A DNA stretch of 32,000 bases, from positions 60,001-92,000 of the forward strand of contig NZ_JHXR01000004.1 in NCBI RefSeq assembly GCF_000621645.1, read 5' to 3'. Source of the DNA: Vibrio cholerae ATCC 14035 (GTDB taxonomy: Bacteria; Pseudomonadota; Gammaproteobacteria; Enterobacterales; Vibrionaceae). The notes below the pieces were generated by a model. It was given only the letters and a program-made list of their open reading frames with translations. It was not told where the DNA came from and ran no database searches. This document shows positions 1 through 9,978 of this stretch, in pieces (within the stretch, counting starts at the first letter, position 1; each line of letters starts with the position of its first letter). The translations under genes and the position numbers were made by a program.

Positions 1-400
1 TGGCTCGGGCTAAATCGGTAATACGCTCGGCCTGACCATCTAACTCTAGCTCAACCTTTTCTAAAGCACGCTGACGAGATTTTGTGCCAGCAAAGTAGGC
101 TTGAGTATGGGTCAAGAGTGCGGTGCTTTTGCACAGAGTTTCTAGCTCGATTTGGGCTTGATGTGCTTTGCTGTACAGCACATCAAAATCTTGATAAGGC
201 TGGACAATAGGGTAATTTTGGTTAGCGATACCGTACAAACCACTTAAGCTATGACGAAACAGCTTAGAGCTGACTTCGTTTTGTTGTGACTCTTCGCGGT
301 TATCTTCCGTTGAATTGGTGGTTAATGGCACAGCCGCCATGGCAGGAGCACGGCTCAGCAGCAATAACATTAAGGCTGTGGTACGTAGCAATAGACTCAT
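1..400 (-). CDS. Exported protein of unknown function; only the N-terminal 133 codons are in the window
   Basis: ATG at 398-400 (minus) is preceded by AAGGAG with a 5-nt spacer (rc of 401-411). It translates to MSLLLRTTALMLLLLSRAPAMAAVPL..., with a signal-peptide-like n/h/c region and an AMA-A site. I translated the frame by hand to position 1 and found no stop. It is absent from the ORF track because it has no stop in the window. Confidence 0.6.
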   Translation of the reverse strand, partial: MSLLLRTTALMLLLLSRAPAMAAVPLTTNSTEDNREESQQNEVSSKLFRHSLSGLYGIANQNYPIVQPYQDFDVLYSKAHQAQIELETLCKSTALLTHTQAYFAGTKSRQRALEKVELELDGQAERITDLARA

Positions 401-577
401 TCACTCTCCTTAGCTTGCGCTGTTCAGTCAAAAAGTAGATCTAGAAGGCGTTTTCTGACAGTGCAATCAAAGTGGGTTTAGTGTTCCTTTCTGCTCACTA
501 TGATCAATTGGGCCTTGTTGTTCCTTTTCCAATTCAATCTGGATTTTCAGTTGTAAGAATTTGTTATCCATCACATA

Positions 578-712
578 TCTTCTTCCTATTTGAAGCTGCA
601 AGGGCGATGTTCGCGCACGCCAATCACATAGTCTGTCTGTGTTTATTGGAATTCACTCATCTGCGCCTATCTGCCATTTCAGGTTCTGCAACTTCAAATC
701 GTTTGGAAAGAA
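578..712 (+). repeat. ERIC/IRU-type intergenic repeat, degenerate copy
   Basis: Termini cttcctatttgaagctgca ... tgcaacttcaaatcgtttggaaag are inverted repeats. The core cgcacgccaatcacatagtc...ttggaattcactcatctgcgcc aligns with the copies at 9846 and 13511. It carries extra bases (atttcaggt) near the right arm. Confidence 0.7.
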
Positions 713-868
713 CATAGGCATCCATTCAGACTTCGAGTTTTCGATGGAGTTCCAAAGCCTTAGGTAAAGAAATGTAACCGTCGAACAGATGGGGAGGGAC
801 AAATTCGTGCTACCGCGGGAGCAGAAGATCCGCTACTCTTGGCGGCAGCAAATGAAAAGGAGTAGAAG

Positions 869-1525
869 ATGCGAGATCCTGAGTTTTGGCATAACAAATG
901 GGCGGCGAACCAGATTGGTTTTCACCTTGAAGACGTGAACCCGCTATTGATCCGCTTTTGGTCTGATCTTGCCCCTAAACGCAGTGAAAAAGTGCTCGTC
1001 CCTTTGTGTGGTAAGAGTGAAGATCTGATTTGGCTGGCGAATCAGCATGACAGTGTTCAAGGGGTTGAACTGAGTCAAATCGCGGTACGTTCTTTCTTTG
1101 CCGAGCATTTCTATACCCCGACAGTGACCCGACTCAATGCGCAACATGAACTATATCAGTTTGATGAGCTTACGCTTTTTACCGGAGATTTCTTCACAGC
1201 TCCTGTTGAATCGGTGGACTTAGTTTATGATCGTGCGGCGCTAGTGGCATTGCCGGAAGAGATGCGCACAGAGTACGCGCAGCGCGTGTTGCAACTGCTT
1301 AAACCGGGTGGGCGCATTTTGCTGGTCAGTATGGATTATGTGCAAACTGAGTTGTCAGGGCCGCCATTTTCGGTTCCTGAAGCGGAAATTCGAACCTTGT
1401 TTATGGGATGTGAGGTGCGCAGAGTTTACCAAGATACGAGCATAGATCCGCATCTGAATAAGCGCACACAAGCGGGCTTAAGCCGCTTTGCCGAAGAAGT
1501 TTGGGTGATTGAGAAAAGCGAGTGA
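869..1525 (+). CDS. tpm: Thiopurine S-methyltransferase
   Basis: 218-aa ORF with AAGGAG 6 nt upstream of the ATG. The N-terminus [20 protein letters not shown] and the SAM-MTase motif [16 protein letters not shown] are typical of the bacterial TPMT family. Confidence 0.9.
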   Translation: MRDPEFWHNKWAANQIGFHLEDVNPLLIRFWSDLAPKRSEKVLVPLCGKSEDLIWLANQHDSVQGVELSQIAVRSFFAEHFYTPTVTRLNAQHELYQFDELTLFTGDFFTAPVESVDLVYDRAALVALPEEMRTEYAQRVLQLLKPGGRILLVSMDYVQTELSGPPFSVPEAEIRTLFMGCEVRRVYQDTSIDPHLNKRTQAGLSRFAEEVWVIEKSE

Positions 1526-1556
1526 CTCTGACTCTTTGAACGCCACTAAGTAGAAA

Positions 1557-1590
1557 TGAAAAAAGCGCGCTGAATGAGCGCGCTTTCTGA
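1557..1590. terminator. Bidirectional Rho-independent terminator between convergent tpm and purT
   Basis: aaagcgcgc-tgaatga-gcgcgcttt forms a 9-bp GC-rich stem, flanked by an A-run on the left and T-rich sequence on the right. Confidence 0.6.
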
Positions 1591-1617
1591 TAGTGCTGAT
1601 AAAGATAAAGAGCTGAA

Positions 1618-2793
1618 TTAGTAATGAATCTTCACGGCTTTCGCACACTCAATCGCGCGATCAGTGGCTTCTTGCGTCGTTTTTCCTCGGCTCAGGGCAA
1701 CACCTAAGCGACGACGACCCGCAATATCTGGCTTGCCAAATAAGCGCACTTGGGTGTGAGGAATGCTTAGGGCGTCATCAAGCGCACTGAACTGGATGTT
1801 CTGTGATTGGCCTTGACCGAGGATCGCCGCAGAGGCTGATGGGCCATATTGCACGATTTGACCAATCGGTAGACCAGTAAACGCGCGCACATGCAAAGCG
1901 AATTCAGAGAGCTCTTGAGAAATGAGCGTCACCATTCCGGTATCGTGTGGACGAGGGGAAACCTCGTTGAAGATGACCTTGTCACCTTTCACAAACAGTT
2001 CAACTCCAAACAAGCCATAACCACCAAGCGCGTTAACCACCTGTTCTGCCACATATTCAGCCGCTTTAATGGCATTTTCTGACATCAGTTGTGGTTGCCA
2101 TGACTCGCGGTAATCGCCATCTTCTTGGCGATGGCCAATTGGAGCGCAGAAATGGACGCCATCCACAGCGCGTACGGTCAGCAGTGTGATTTCGTAATCA
2201 AAATCCACGAAGCCTTCCACAATCACTCGGCCAGCGCCACTGCGTCCACCTTGTTGTGCGTATTGCCAAGCCGCTTCGATCTGCTCTGGTGTGCGAATAA
2301 CACTTTGGCCTTTGCCCGATGAACTCATGACAGGCTTACAGACACAAGGTAAACCGATGGTTTCTACTGCCGCGGCAAAGCTCTCATAGCTGTCTGCGAA
2401 TTGATACGCGGAAGTGGGCAACCCTAACTCTTCAGCGGCTAAACGGCGAATGCCTTCACGGTTCATGGTGAGGCGAGTTGCATTGGCGGTAGGCACAACG
2501 TTTAAGCCTTGCGCTTCTAACTCCACTAACTTGCTGGTGGCAATCGCTTCAATCTCTGGAACCACGAAATGTGGCTTTTCTAAATCAATCACTTGTTGTA
2601 GTGCATCGGCATCGAGCATATCAAACACGTGGCTGCGATGGGCGACCTGCATGGCAGGCGCCTCGGCGTAACGATCACAGGCGATGACTTCGAGGCCAAG
2701 GCGCTGACACTCAATCGCGACTTCCTTACCAAGTTCACCAGAGCCAAGCAAAAGTACTCGCGTTGCGTTATCCCGAGTCGCTGTCCCAAACAT
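1618..2793 (-). CDS. purT: Formate-dependent phosphoribosylglycinamide formyltransferase (GAR transformylase 2)
   Basis: Collinear with E. coli PurT as I recall it ([45 protein letters not shown]). The track ORF starts at a TTG at 2799. I prefer the ATG at 2793, which has AAGGA 6 nt upstream. Confidence 0.95.
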   Translation of the reverse strand: MFGTATRDNATRVLLLGSGELGKEVAIECQRLGLEVIACDRYAEAPAMQVAHRSHVFDMLDADALQQVIDLEKPHFVVPEIEAIATSKLVELEAQGLNVVPTANATRLTMNREGIRRLAAEELGLPTSAYQFADSYESFAAAVETIGLPCVCKPVMSSSGKGQSVIRTPEQIEAAWQYAQQGGRSGAGRVIVEGFVDFDYEITLLTVRAVDGVHFCAPIGHRQEDGDYRESWQPQLMSENAIKAAEYVAEQVVNALGGYGLFGVELFVKGDKVIFNEVSPRPHDTGMVTLISQELSEFALHVRAFTGLPIGQIVQYGPSASAAILGQGQSQNIQFSALDDALSIPHTQVRLFGKPDIAGRRRLGVALSRGKTTQEATDRAIECAKAVKIHY

Positions 2794-2863
2794 AGACAAT
2801 CCTTATAGTCATTCAGTCAACATTAGCAAAAAACAGCGGCCATGATACTGGAACAAAGCACAA

Positions 2864-2879
2864 AAGAAAACGTTTGCTT
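2864..2879 (-). promoter_or_regulatory. PurR operator (PUR box) upstream of purT
   Basis: The minus strand reads AAGCAAACGTTTTCTT, matching 15 of 16 positions of the E. coli PUR box ACGCAAACGTTTTCTT. It lies 71-86 nt upstream of the purT start. Confidence 0.7.
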
Positions 2880-2946
2880 CCCGCTGTAGCCAGTCAGATT
2901 ACCCCGTATTCTGGTCAAGTTTATGACAGTTTTATGGCGAACAGGA

Positions 2947-3822
2947 TCAGAGTGAAAGAGCGATAAACAGCAATATGGGCAGGCTTAATAAGCTGAAGAA
3001 ATTACCAAACAACACCATAGCCGCAACCTGAGTAGGCTCGATGTGATAACGCTCGGCGAACAGATAATTCATCACTGCGGGGGGCAACATGGTAAACAGC
3101 ACCATCATTTGCAGTTGTAAGGGAGGCAGTGGAATGAAAAAGTAAATCAGCGCAAACGCGCAGGCTCCGGTGAGCAGAGATTGTGCCGTTGAAACAAGGC
3201 CAACTTTGAGCCCGGCTAAGCGCAGGTTGATCATTTGTGAGCCGAGCGAAAGCAGCATCACAGGAACGGCAGCTTGTCCCAGTAAAGCGGTGGCGTTGTA
3301 CAAGGGGGACCAGATAGAGACTCCACTTAGATTGAGCAGTAAAGCCAGTGAGGATGCTAAAAAGACCGGAGCGCTGAGCACGGTTTTCAATACGCTGCCT
3401 TTGCTCAGCATGGCTACCCCTAAGCTAATGTGCAGACACATAGAAACCACAAACAGCAACACGGCAGAGGGGAGCGCGGTTTCGCCAAACGCATAAGTAA
3501 ACAGGGGAATCGCTAAATTACCGCTGTTGCGAAACATGTGCAGTGGAGCCCATGTTTTAAATGACCAGCGACCCAAACGACATATCAGGAGCATTAACAT
3601 GCCGGGCAGCAATACCGCGACAAGAGCGGCAAGCAACAGAGGTGTTTGCTGCGTATCCAGTGGCATGTTGACCAGTGAAGAAAACACCAACGCAGGCACA
3701 AAGGCCTCCATATTGATGCGATTGATCGGGCGAAAATCGGGTTTGAGCCAGAGAGCAATCAAATAGCCAATCAAGACTAAGCTCATCACAGGAAAGAGAA
3801 TGGCAATGATTTGTTCAAACAT
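2947..3822 (-). CDS. AEC (auxin efflux carrier) family membrane transporter
   Basis: 291 aa and almost entirely hydrophobic, with about 9-10 predicted TM segments. The N-terminus (MFEQIIAILFPVMSLVLIGY) and two-half architecture resemble AEC-family permeases. The substrate is unknown. Confidence 0.7.
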   Translation of the reverse strand: MFEQIIAILFPVMSLVLIGYLIALWLKPDFRPINRINMEAFVPALVFSSLVNMPLDTQQTPLLLAALVAVLLPGMLMLLICRLGRWSFKTWAPLHMFRNSGNLAIPLFTYAFGETALPSAVLLFVVSMCLHISLGVAMLSKGSVLKTVLSAPVFLASSLALLLNLSGVSIWSPLYNATALLGQAAVPVMLLSLGSQMINLRLAGLKVGLVSTAQSLLTGACAFALIYFFIPLPPLQLQMMVLFTMLPPAVMNYLFAERYHIEPTQVAAMVLFGNFFSLLSLPILLFIALSL

Positions 3823-3943
3823 AGCTTGCGAGAGATACGTGTAAAAAGCGCAAGTTATCAGGCTTTATTCAGAACGTCATGGTGGGTGATGGAAAAGTGT
3901 GCGCGCGACATCTTTAGTAAGAGGTGGACTAAGAGAGCTAGTA

Positions 3944-3973
3944 GCAAAAAGTGAAGAGGCCAATGGCTTCTTC
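3944..3973 (-). terminator. Rho-independent terminator after cdd
   Basis: gaagaggcc-aat-ggcttcttc gives a 9-bp stem with one G-U pair. On the minus strand it is followed by ACTTTTTGC. Confidence 0.55.
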
Positions 3974-3980
3974 ATTCGGT

Positions 3981-4868
3981 TTACAGTGAGAGATAAGAAA
4001 GTGGAATATCGGGATTGATCACTTCCAGCGTTGCTTGAGTATCGGCAAGATGGCTGATTTTGCCGGTTGCACTCTCTACCAGAGCTGCGGCTTCAATATC
4101 CTCGAATGATTCACCCATCATCATCGCTTGTGCTAAGGCAACTTGTAGCGGTGGCAAACTTGGGTTAAACGCAGCATTTTCGGCATACGCGCCAAGGTAA
4201 ATCGCGCCACTGCGCATTTTCAGTGCCACACCACTGAAGTTTTGGGTATAAGGCGAGTGGCTGATGTTCATCGCGCGCAGAGCTTGCTGGATCAGCTCTT
4301 CATCATCGTCACTGGTTTTACCATGATTGACTGGGCTCATCAGGCCAGAATCAATGCCGAGATCGGCAGGGCCAAACGACTCAGGGAGGTACTCTTGCAA
4401 AGTTTTGGCAGCACGCTTGGGCAGTTGAATTTTCAGCGAAGACGCTGTGGTCAGCTCATTCATAAACTGGCGGCAATGGCCGCAAGGGCTAAAGTTGATG
4501 GTGATGTCTGCCACCCCTTTTTCCCCTTTCATCCAAGCATGGCTAATGGCGCATTGCTCAGCATGTACGGTTTGTCCAAGCTGCGCACCAGTAAATTCCA
4601 TATTGGCGCCCAGATAGAGGCGGCCGGAGATGCCACGTACAATCGCACCGACATAAAATTCAGAGATGGGGGCATACGAGTAAGCGGCAGCGATAGGTAA
4701 CAGCGCGACGCGCAAATCGGCATCTTCCATACCCGAAAGGGTCAAAAGCTGCTGATACTGCTCGGCAGAGAAAGTGGCATCGAAATCCTTGGCCAACACC
4801 AATTCACGTAAATATGGGGCAAAAGAAGCAGGCATTTGTTGTAATGCTTGTTCAATACGGTTTCTCAT
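3981..4868 (-). CDS. cdd: Cytidine deaminase (dimeric, two-domain type)
   Basis: 295 aa with the zinc-site motifs [11 protein letters not shown] and [16 protein letters not shown] lies 6 nt upstream of the ATG. The position next to yohJK matches E. coli. Confidence 0.95.
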   Translation of the reverse strand: MRNRIEQALQQMPASFAPYLRELVLAKDFDATFSAEQYQQLLTLSGMEDADLRVALLPIAAAYSYAPISEFYVGAIVRGISGRLYLGANMEFTGAQLGQTVHAEQCAISHAWMKGEKGVADITINFSPCGHCRQFMNELTTASSLKIQLPKRAAKTLQEYLPESFGPADLGIDSGLMSPVNHGKTSDDDEELIQQALRAMNISHSPYTQNFSGVALKMRSGAIYLGAYAENAAFNPSLPPLQVALAQAMMMGESFEDIEAAALVESATGKISHLADTQATLEVINPDIPLSYLSL

Positions 4869-4897
4869 AGTGATTCCTTTTCATTGCATGGAATCCT

Positions 4898-4939
4898 ATT
4901 TTAGGTAATGCGAGATTTTATAAGGTGATCAGTGTCACG
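4898..4939 (-). promoter_or_regulatory. Putative cdd promoter: -10 TAAAAT plus a class II CRP site
   Basis: GGTGA-tcagtg-TCACG (4924-4939) fits TGTGA-N6-TCACA. TAAAAT (rc of 4898-4903) lies at the distance expected if CRP is centred near -41.5. Predicted TSS is near 4891. Confidence 0.5.
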
Positions 4940-5037
4940 TTAAGTTGTGTAATTTATTTTTATGTTTCATTATTAGAGTGACGTCACACATGATAACGAT
5001 TGCAAGCGTATGAGATGTGACGCCACTCGAAATGAAA

Positions 5038-5712
5038 TTATTGAAGCCAGAGTGCGAAAGCAAACAGACTTGGCGCTAATACAGACGTGATAACACCACA
5101 CACGACAAGGGCTAGTGAGCTGAACGCGGCGTCGCGAGGATCTTTTTCAGCGCACGTGGCTGTGCCGAGGGCATGGGATACCGTACCCATGGTCAGCCCT
5201 TTGGCGATGGGATGCGTAATATTGAGCAGTTTGTAAATCGGGTAGGCAAGAATGGCACCAAATAGCCCGACGAGTAGCACCAAAATCGCAGCAATCGCGG
5301 GCTCGCCGCCCAACTGGCGTGCCACTTCCATCGCGATCGGCGTTGTCACTGATTTTCCCATTAAGGCGGCAATCAGTTCTAAATCTGCCCCCATGCTTAC
5401 GGCTATCAAACTGGCGGTGATCATCGACATCACACTGCCCACGCCACAAGCCAAAGCGATAATTCGCCAGTTGGCACGAATTTGTGGCAACTGCTCGTAA
5501 AGTGGATAAGCCAAAGCAACAACCGCTGGCTGGAGTAGATAACTCAACCACTGATTATCAGCGTAGTAAGTCTCAAAAGGTACTTTGAGGTAAGTCAGCA
5601 GTGGAATAAGTATACCGATACTGATCAGAAGCGGATTGGCCAGTGGGGTATTGCATTTTTGAGCCACCCAACGGGCGACGAAAAATACCCCAAGTGTGAT
5701 GATCAGCCACAT
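5038..5712 (-). CDS. yohK: LrgB/CidB family membrane protein (YohK-like)
   Basis: 224 aa. It matches E. coli YohK as I recall it ([36 protein letters not shown]). The start overlaps the upstream gene by 10 nt. Confidence 0.9.
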
Positions 5713-6077
5713 GACTTTTTCCCCTTCTTGAGCATTCGATCCAGTATCAGTCCCAGTGTCACCATGACAATTAAGGTACCGCCGATAGCGCTAGCGAGGA
5801 TCGGGGCGAGGTTTGCCAGTAGCGTATCGAAGTGCACCATCAAGCCGACACTGATCGGGACGAACAGCAAAATCATGTAACGAATAAACAGGGTGGCACT
5901 GGGCTTGACCCATTCGACAGGCACTAAACCGCTGGCCATCAAGCCAAATAGGATCAGTAACCCAATAATGCTGCCGGGAATAGCAATGCCTAACCAAGTT
6001 TGTAAGTTGATGCCCGCCAACAGACAGAGAAAAATCAGTCCCATGGAGACACAGTATTGAGCTATTTTTTTTATCAT
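5703..6077 (-). CDS. yohJ: LrgA/CidA holin-like membrane protein (YohJ-like)
   Basis: Four-TM small protein with motifs [12 protein letters not shown] and [14 protein letters not shown]. The track ORF starts at a TTG at 6092. The ATG at 6077 aligns better with the YohJ N-terminus, but no clear SD supports either start. Confidence 0.8.
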
Positions 6078-6108
6078 CAATAAAATCAGCAAGTAAAAAT
6101 AAACGATG

Positions 6109-7533
6109 TTAGCAAGCGAGTTTTTCCACGTAATGGTAGACGGATTTTAAAATCGCCATTTTCTTTGGATCAGCTTGATGCTCATGCACCAGATTTTCCA
6201 AATTCAACATATAACCTTCTAGATTGCGCTCGAAATAGTCACGACAATGCGCTGCCCAGCGGCGTTGCTCGGTATCGGTTAAGGTGTGGGGATAATGGCG
6301 CGCACGATAACGAAACAGCAGCGGTTCAATGCGCTTATCGGCCACCCGGATCGCTAAGCTGCCCAGATTCTCCGGTGCAGTGGTGCGGATGATCTCCATC
6401 GCCGCGCGATCGGCTGGGGAGAAAAAGCCGGCATAGAGTTGGCTATCCACATCACTCTCTTGGTTAAATTCGCGCTCTTGGCTAAATACCGTCACCAGCT
6501 TTTCACGAATCTCGGGGTGTTGACGAATCACATTCAAGTGCGCGAGACACTGTTCGCGGTCAATACCAATCTTTTGTGCATTTTCTGCGGTCAAGGTTTT
6601 GGCCGGAGCGAGAATAGGGCATTTATTGAGATGCACCAATTTCACGGGTACTGGTAGCTCATCCGGCGCTAGGTCTTCATACCGCGTATAGAGACGCGCT
6701 TGCAGCGTTTCGGCATCGAGCTCCAGCAGCGGCTGAGGGTCTTTACCCAAATCCACCACAATCACCGCATTTTGATTGGTTGGATGCCAAGCAATAGGCA
6801 CAATCCAGCTAGTGTAGTGACGCTCACGCCCAAGCATGCCAGAAACATGCATCAGCGGAGTTTGGTTCACAATATCAATCAGTTCTGTCAGCTTTCGTTT
6901 GTGGCGCATAGTGAAGAAGTAGTCGAACAATTTCGGCTGCGCGGCTTTGACTTTTTTCGCCAGTTCAATGGTGGCAATCACATCGGCCATCGCATCGTGC
7001 GCGTTGCTGTGCTCAATGCCGTTGGCAACAGAAAGATGTTCCAGTTTAAAGCTGGTGAAGCCGTCATCATTTTCCGGCCACTCGATACCTTCAGGACGCA
7101 AAGCATGACACGCGCGAAGCACATCCAGCAGATCCCAACGGGAATTGCCGTGTTGCCAGCTCCAAGCATAGGGGTCGATAAAGTTGCGATAGCAGGTGTA
7201 GCGCGTCACTTCATCATCAAAACGTATGCTGTTATAACCTAGGTTGATGGTATTGGGTGTGGAGAGCTCAGCATGAATACGCGCGATAAATTCGGGCTCC
7301 GCGAGACCTTGGCTATTGGCTTTTTGAGGGGTGATCCCTGTGATCAATGCGGCCTCAGGGGCGGGCAAATAGTCGTTGGGCAGCTGACAGTAAATTACCA
7401 AAGGCTCGCCGATGATGTTGAAGTCCATATCGGTACGCACACCCGCAAACTGACTAGGACGATCTTTTGCGGGATTGACTCCCCAAGTCTCGTAGTCGAA
7501 AAAGAAGAATGTGGGCTGGTGTTCTTGCTGCAT
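6109..7533 (-). CDS. sbcB: Exodeoxyribonuclease I
   Basis: [27 protein letters not shown] is the ExoI DEDD exonuclease motif, and HDAMADV is also present. The track start at 7593 is a TTG. The ATG at 7533 ([16 protein letters not shown]) matches the E. coli N-terminus spacing. Confidence 0.93.
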   Translation of the reverse strand: MQQEHQPTFFFFDYETWGVNPAKDRPSQFAGVRTDMDFNIIGEPLVIYCQLPNDYLPAPEAALITGITPQKANSQGLAEPEFIARIHAELSTPNTINLGYNSIRFDDEVTRYTCYRNFIDPYAWSWQHGNSRWDLLDVLRACHALRPEGIEWPENDDGFTSFKLEHLSVANGIEHSNAHDAMADVIATIELAKKVKAAQPKLFDYFFTMRHKRKLTELIDIVNQTPLMHVSGMLGRERHYTSWIVPIAWHPTNQNAVIVVDLGKDPQPLLELDAETLQARLYTRYEDLAPDELPVPVKLVHLNKCPILAPAKTLTAENAQKIGIDREQCLAHLNVIRQHPEIREKLVTVFSQEREFNQESDVDSQLYAGFFSPADRAAMEIIRTTAPENLGSLAIRVADKRIEPLLFRYRARHYPHTLTDTEQRRWAAHCRDYFERNLEGYMLNLENLVHEHQADPKKMAILKSVYHYVEKLAC

Positions 7534-7635
7534 GTGGCTTACCAAATCGCTAAAAATTGCCGTTATTAGACCATCCTGACCCTGACATAGCAATTGCTGC
7601 CCTTGTGCTATCCCATTATTTGTTCAGCCTTTCAA

Positions 7636-7665
7636 CAAAAAAAAGCCGATGCTGGGCATCGGCTT
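7636..7665 (-). terminator. Rho-independent terminator after tcyP
   Basis: aagccgatgc-tgg-gcatcggctt forms a 10-bp stem. On the minus strand it is followed by a T8 run (the A-run at 7637-7644 on plus). Confidence 0.8.
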
Positions 7666-7678
7666 TGGCAAGGTAAGA

Positions 7679-9052
7679 TTAGGCTTGCTGAGTTTGCGGC
7701 TCAGGCTCTTCGTTTGTCTCTTTAAGCAAACGGCTTGTGACTGTGCCTGCCGTCATCGAACCTGATACGTTAAGCGCCGTACGCGCCATATCAATCAGTG
7801 GCTCGATAGAAATCAAAAGCGCCGCAATCGTGACGGGTAAGCCCATGGCTGGCAGCACAATCAGAGCTGCGAAGGTTGCACCGCCACCCACGCCTGCAAT
7901 ACCAAAGGAGCTAATGGTGATCATCGCAATCAGCGATACGATAAAGTGAATATCCAGTGGGTTAATCCCAACGGTTGGAGCAACCATTACCGCCAACATC
8001 GCAGGGTAAATGCCCGCACAGCCGTTTTGCCCAATCGTGGCACCGAATGAAGCTGACAGGTTAGCAATTGCAGGTGGCACATTCAGTTTGGTGATTTGCG
8101 CTTCCACATTGAGAGGAATCGTGGCCGCAGAGCTGCGCGATGTGAAGGCAAAAGTCAGTACTGGCCAGATGTTTTTAAAGTAACGGGTTGGGTTAACGCC
8201 CACCATAGCAACCAGTAATCCGTGCACCACAAACATCAGGGCTATCGCCACATAAGAAGCCACAATGAAACCGAGCAAGTTCAGAATGTCGGTAGCACTG
8301 GATGTCGCGACGACTTTCGCCATCAGCGCGGCGATACCGTAAGGTGTCAGCGCCATGATCATTTTCACTAAACGCATCACAATCGCTTGTGCTGCTTCAA
8401 CAAAAGTGCGAATTGGCGTTTCTAACTCTTGTTTATCGGCAATCACTTTGCGTGCGGCAATACCAGTGAGCACGCCGAAAATCACCACCGCGATGATGGA
8501 GGTTGAACGTGCGCCGGTTAAATCGGCAAAGGGGTTGGTTGGGATAAAGCTCAACAGAATTTGTGGAATCGTTAGGTCGGCAACCGTTGATGCGCGGCTT
8601 TCAAGTGCTGCAATACGTGCGGTTTCGCGTGCGCCTTCAACCAAACCTTCAGCCGTCAGGCCAAATGCTTGAGTGATGAGAATACCGATCAGCGCAGAAA
8701 TCGCAGTAGTCACCAGCAAAATACCGATAGTCAGACTGGAGATTTTGCCCAGTGAACCGTTTTTATCCAGACGTACCACGGCAGAGATCATCGATACCAG
8801 CACCAGTGGCATGATGACCATTTTCAGTAGACCCACGTAGCCATTGCCGACGATAGCAACCCAAGATAGGGTTTCTTGAATAGCGGGATGGCCTTCACCG
8901 AGCACTACTTGCAGTGCCAAACCAAATGCACTACCTAGTACTAAACCAAACAAAACTTGACGAGAAAGGGTGGCGGCTTTTTTCTGTAGCCCAAACAGAT
9001 AGAGCAATAGACCGGCGAAAATCACCAGTGCTGCAAGGGTAACCACTGACAT
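7679..9052 (-). CDS. tcyP: Sodium:dicarboxylate symporter family transporter, YdjN/TcyP-like L-cystine importer
   Basis: Near-collinear with E. coli YdjN as I recall it ([72 protein letters not shown]). I prefer the ATG at 9052 (AAGGA 7 nt upstream) to the track start at 9097. Confidence 0.85.
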   Translation of the reverse strand: MSVVTLAALVIFAGLLLYLFGLQKKAATLSRQVLFGLVLGSAFGLALQVVLGEGHPAIQETLSWVAIVGNGYVGLLKMVIMPLVLVSMISAVVRLDKNGSLGKISSLTIGILLVTTAISALIGILITQAFGLTAEGLVEGARETARIAALESRASTVADLTIPQILLSFIPTNPFADLTGARSTSIIAVVIFGVLTGIAARKVIADKQELETPIRTFVEAAQAIVMRLVKMIMALTPYGIAALMAKVVATSSATDILNLLGFIVASYVAIALMFVVHGLLVAMVGVNPTRYFKNIWPVLTFAFTSRSSAATIPLNVEAQITKLNVPPAIANLSASFGATIGQNGCAGIYPAMLAVMVAPTVGINPLDIHFIVSLIAMITISSFGIAGVGGGATFAALIVLPAMGLPVTIAALLISIEPLIDMARTALNVSGSMTAGTVTSRLLKETNEEPEPQTQQA

Positions 9053-9397
9053 AAGCAAATCCTTAAAAGGGGGAAGGAGAGTAACAACGGCCATCAAAGC
9101 AAGCCGATTGTTCTATCCTAAATGAGAACGATTTTCTTGGAATATAGCGATCGCTATCACGAAAATAAACTGAGAAAAAATCATGTTTTATAACTAATGG
9201 TTATCAAAAACAGAGGGTTGACTAATTGGCGATCAATTTGACTAAGCATTGCCCGAACTGTGCTGCTTTTGCAGGTGTGTATTTTGGTGATCTGAATGCA
9301 ATAAGATTGGTGCATCCGCGGTCTATATTCTTCCAGCTTGACGCTGCCGTACTAAGTCGTTTGAGCATAGTCAATAGTCCAACAAGAGGAGAGAGCA

Positions 9398-9844
9398 ATG
9401 TTGAACTGGCAACAGGTGTTGGATTTTGCAAACCAAGGCAATCCTAAGCCAGAGCGTGAAGTGACGCGCAGTGATGAAGAGTGGCGCACTTTGCTTGATG
9501 AACAGCAGTATTACGTGATGCGTCAACATGGCACAGAGAGAGCCTTTTCTAATGCGATGTGTGAGCTGTTTGAGCCGGGTTTATACCAATGTGCCGGTTG
9601 CCAAACCCTGTTATTTGATTCGGCAACCAAATTTGATTCAGGCACAGGCTGGCCTTCGTTTTCGCAGCCAGTCAAATTCAATGCCATTTCCTACCATATG
9701 GATCAAAGCTTAGCGCGTGCTCGAGTGGAAGTGCGTTGTAACACTTGCGAGTCGCACCTAGGGCATGTGTTTCCTGATGGGCCGCCGCCAAGCGGTTTGC
9801 GTTACTGCATCAATTCGGTTGCCGTGAACAAACTCAGTGCATAA
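9398..9844 (+). CDS. msrB: Peptide-methionine (R)-S-oxide reductase
   Basis: SelR domain with the zinc motifs CAGC and CNTC, plus GTGWPSF and the catalytic RYCINS. A strong purine SD, GAGGAGAGAG, lies upstream. Confidence 0.95.
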   Translation: MLNWQQVLDFANQGNPKPEREVTRSDEEWRTLLDEQQYYVMRQHGTERAFSNAMCELFEPGLYQCAGCQTLLFDSATKFDSGTGWPSFSQPVKFNAISYHMDQSLARARVEVRCNTCESHLGHVFPDGPPPSGLRYCINSVAVNKLSA

Positions 9845-9845
9845 A

Positions 9846-9973
9846 TATACCCTTCCTACTTGAAGTTGCAGCGGTGTTGGCTACGTTCGTTCACCCCAAT
9901 CACATAGTTTGCCTATGCTCATGGGGATTCACTTACTTGCCGCCTACCTGCAACTCCAAGTTGTTTGGGTATA
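9846..9973 (+). repeat. ERIC/IRU-type repeat, full length (128 bp)
   Basis: Terminal inverted repeats are tatacccttcctacttgaagttgcag and ctgcaactccaagttgtttgggtata. The core CGTTCACCCCAATCAC...CATGGGGATTCACTTACTTGCCGCC resembles the enterobacterial ERIC core CGCTCACCCCAGTCAC...CCTGGGGATTCACTCACTTGCCGCC. It starts 2 nt after the msrB stop codon. Confidence 0.85.
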
Positions 9974-9978
9974 AGCTC

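Noticed and set aside
472-717. Track ORFs 472-717 (+) and 9874-10101 (+) as protein-coding genes.
   Set aside because: Both are largely made of ERIC repeat sequence read in frame (shared peptide HIVCLC..EFTHL / GFTYL). Neither has an SD, and their amino-acid composition is implausible.
6109-7593. N-terminal extensions proposed by the track, such as sbcB from 7593, tcyP from 9097, cobT from 10371, nrdB from 25244 and the DUF2750 gene from 18118.
   Set aside because: The extended starts I checked (sbcB, cobT) are non-ATG codons, and none has the SD support of the internal start. For sbcB, tcyP, cobT and nrdB the extension adds residues absent from the homologues as I recall them. The internal ATGs of tcyP, cobT and the DUF2750 gene have better SD spacing; for sbcB and nrdB the choice rests on matching the homologue N-terminus.
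9121-9139. A Fur-box-like sequence (AAATGAGAACGATTTTC) upstream of tcyP.
   Set aside because: By my alignment it matches only about 12 of 19 positions of the GATAATGATAATCATTATC consensus. There is no known iron link for this gene. The match is too weak to call.
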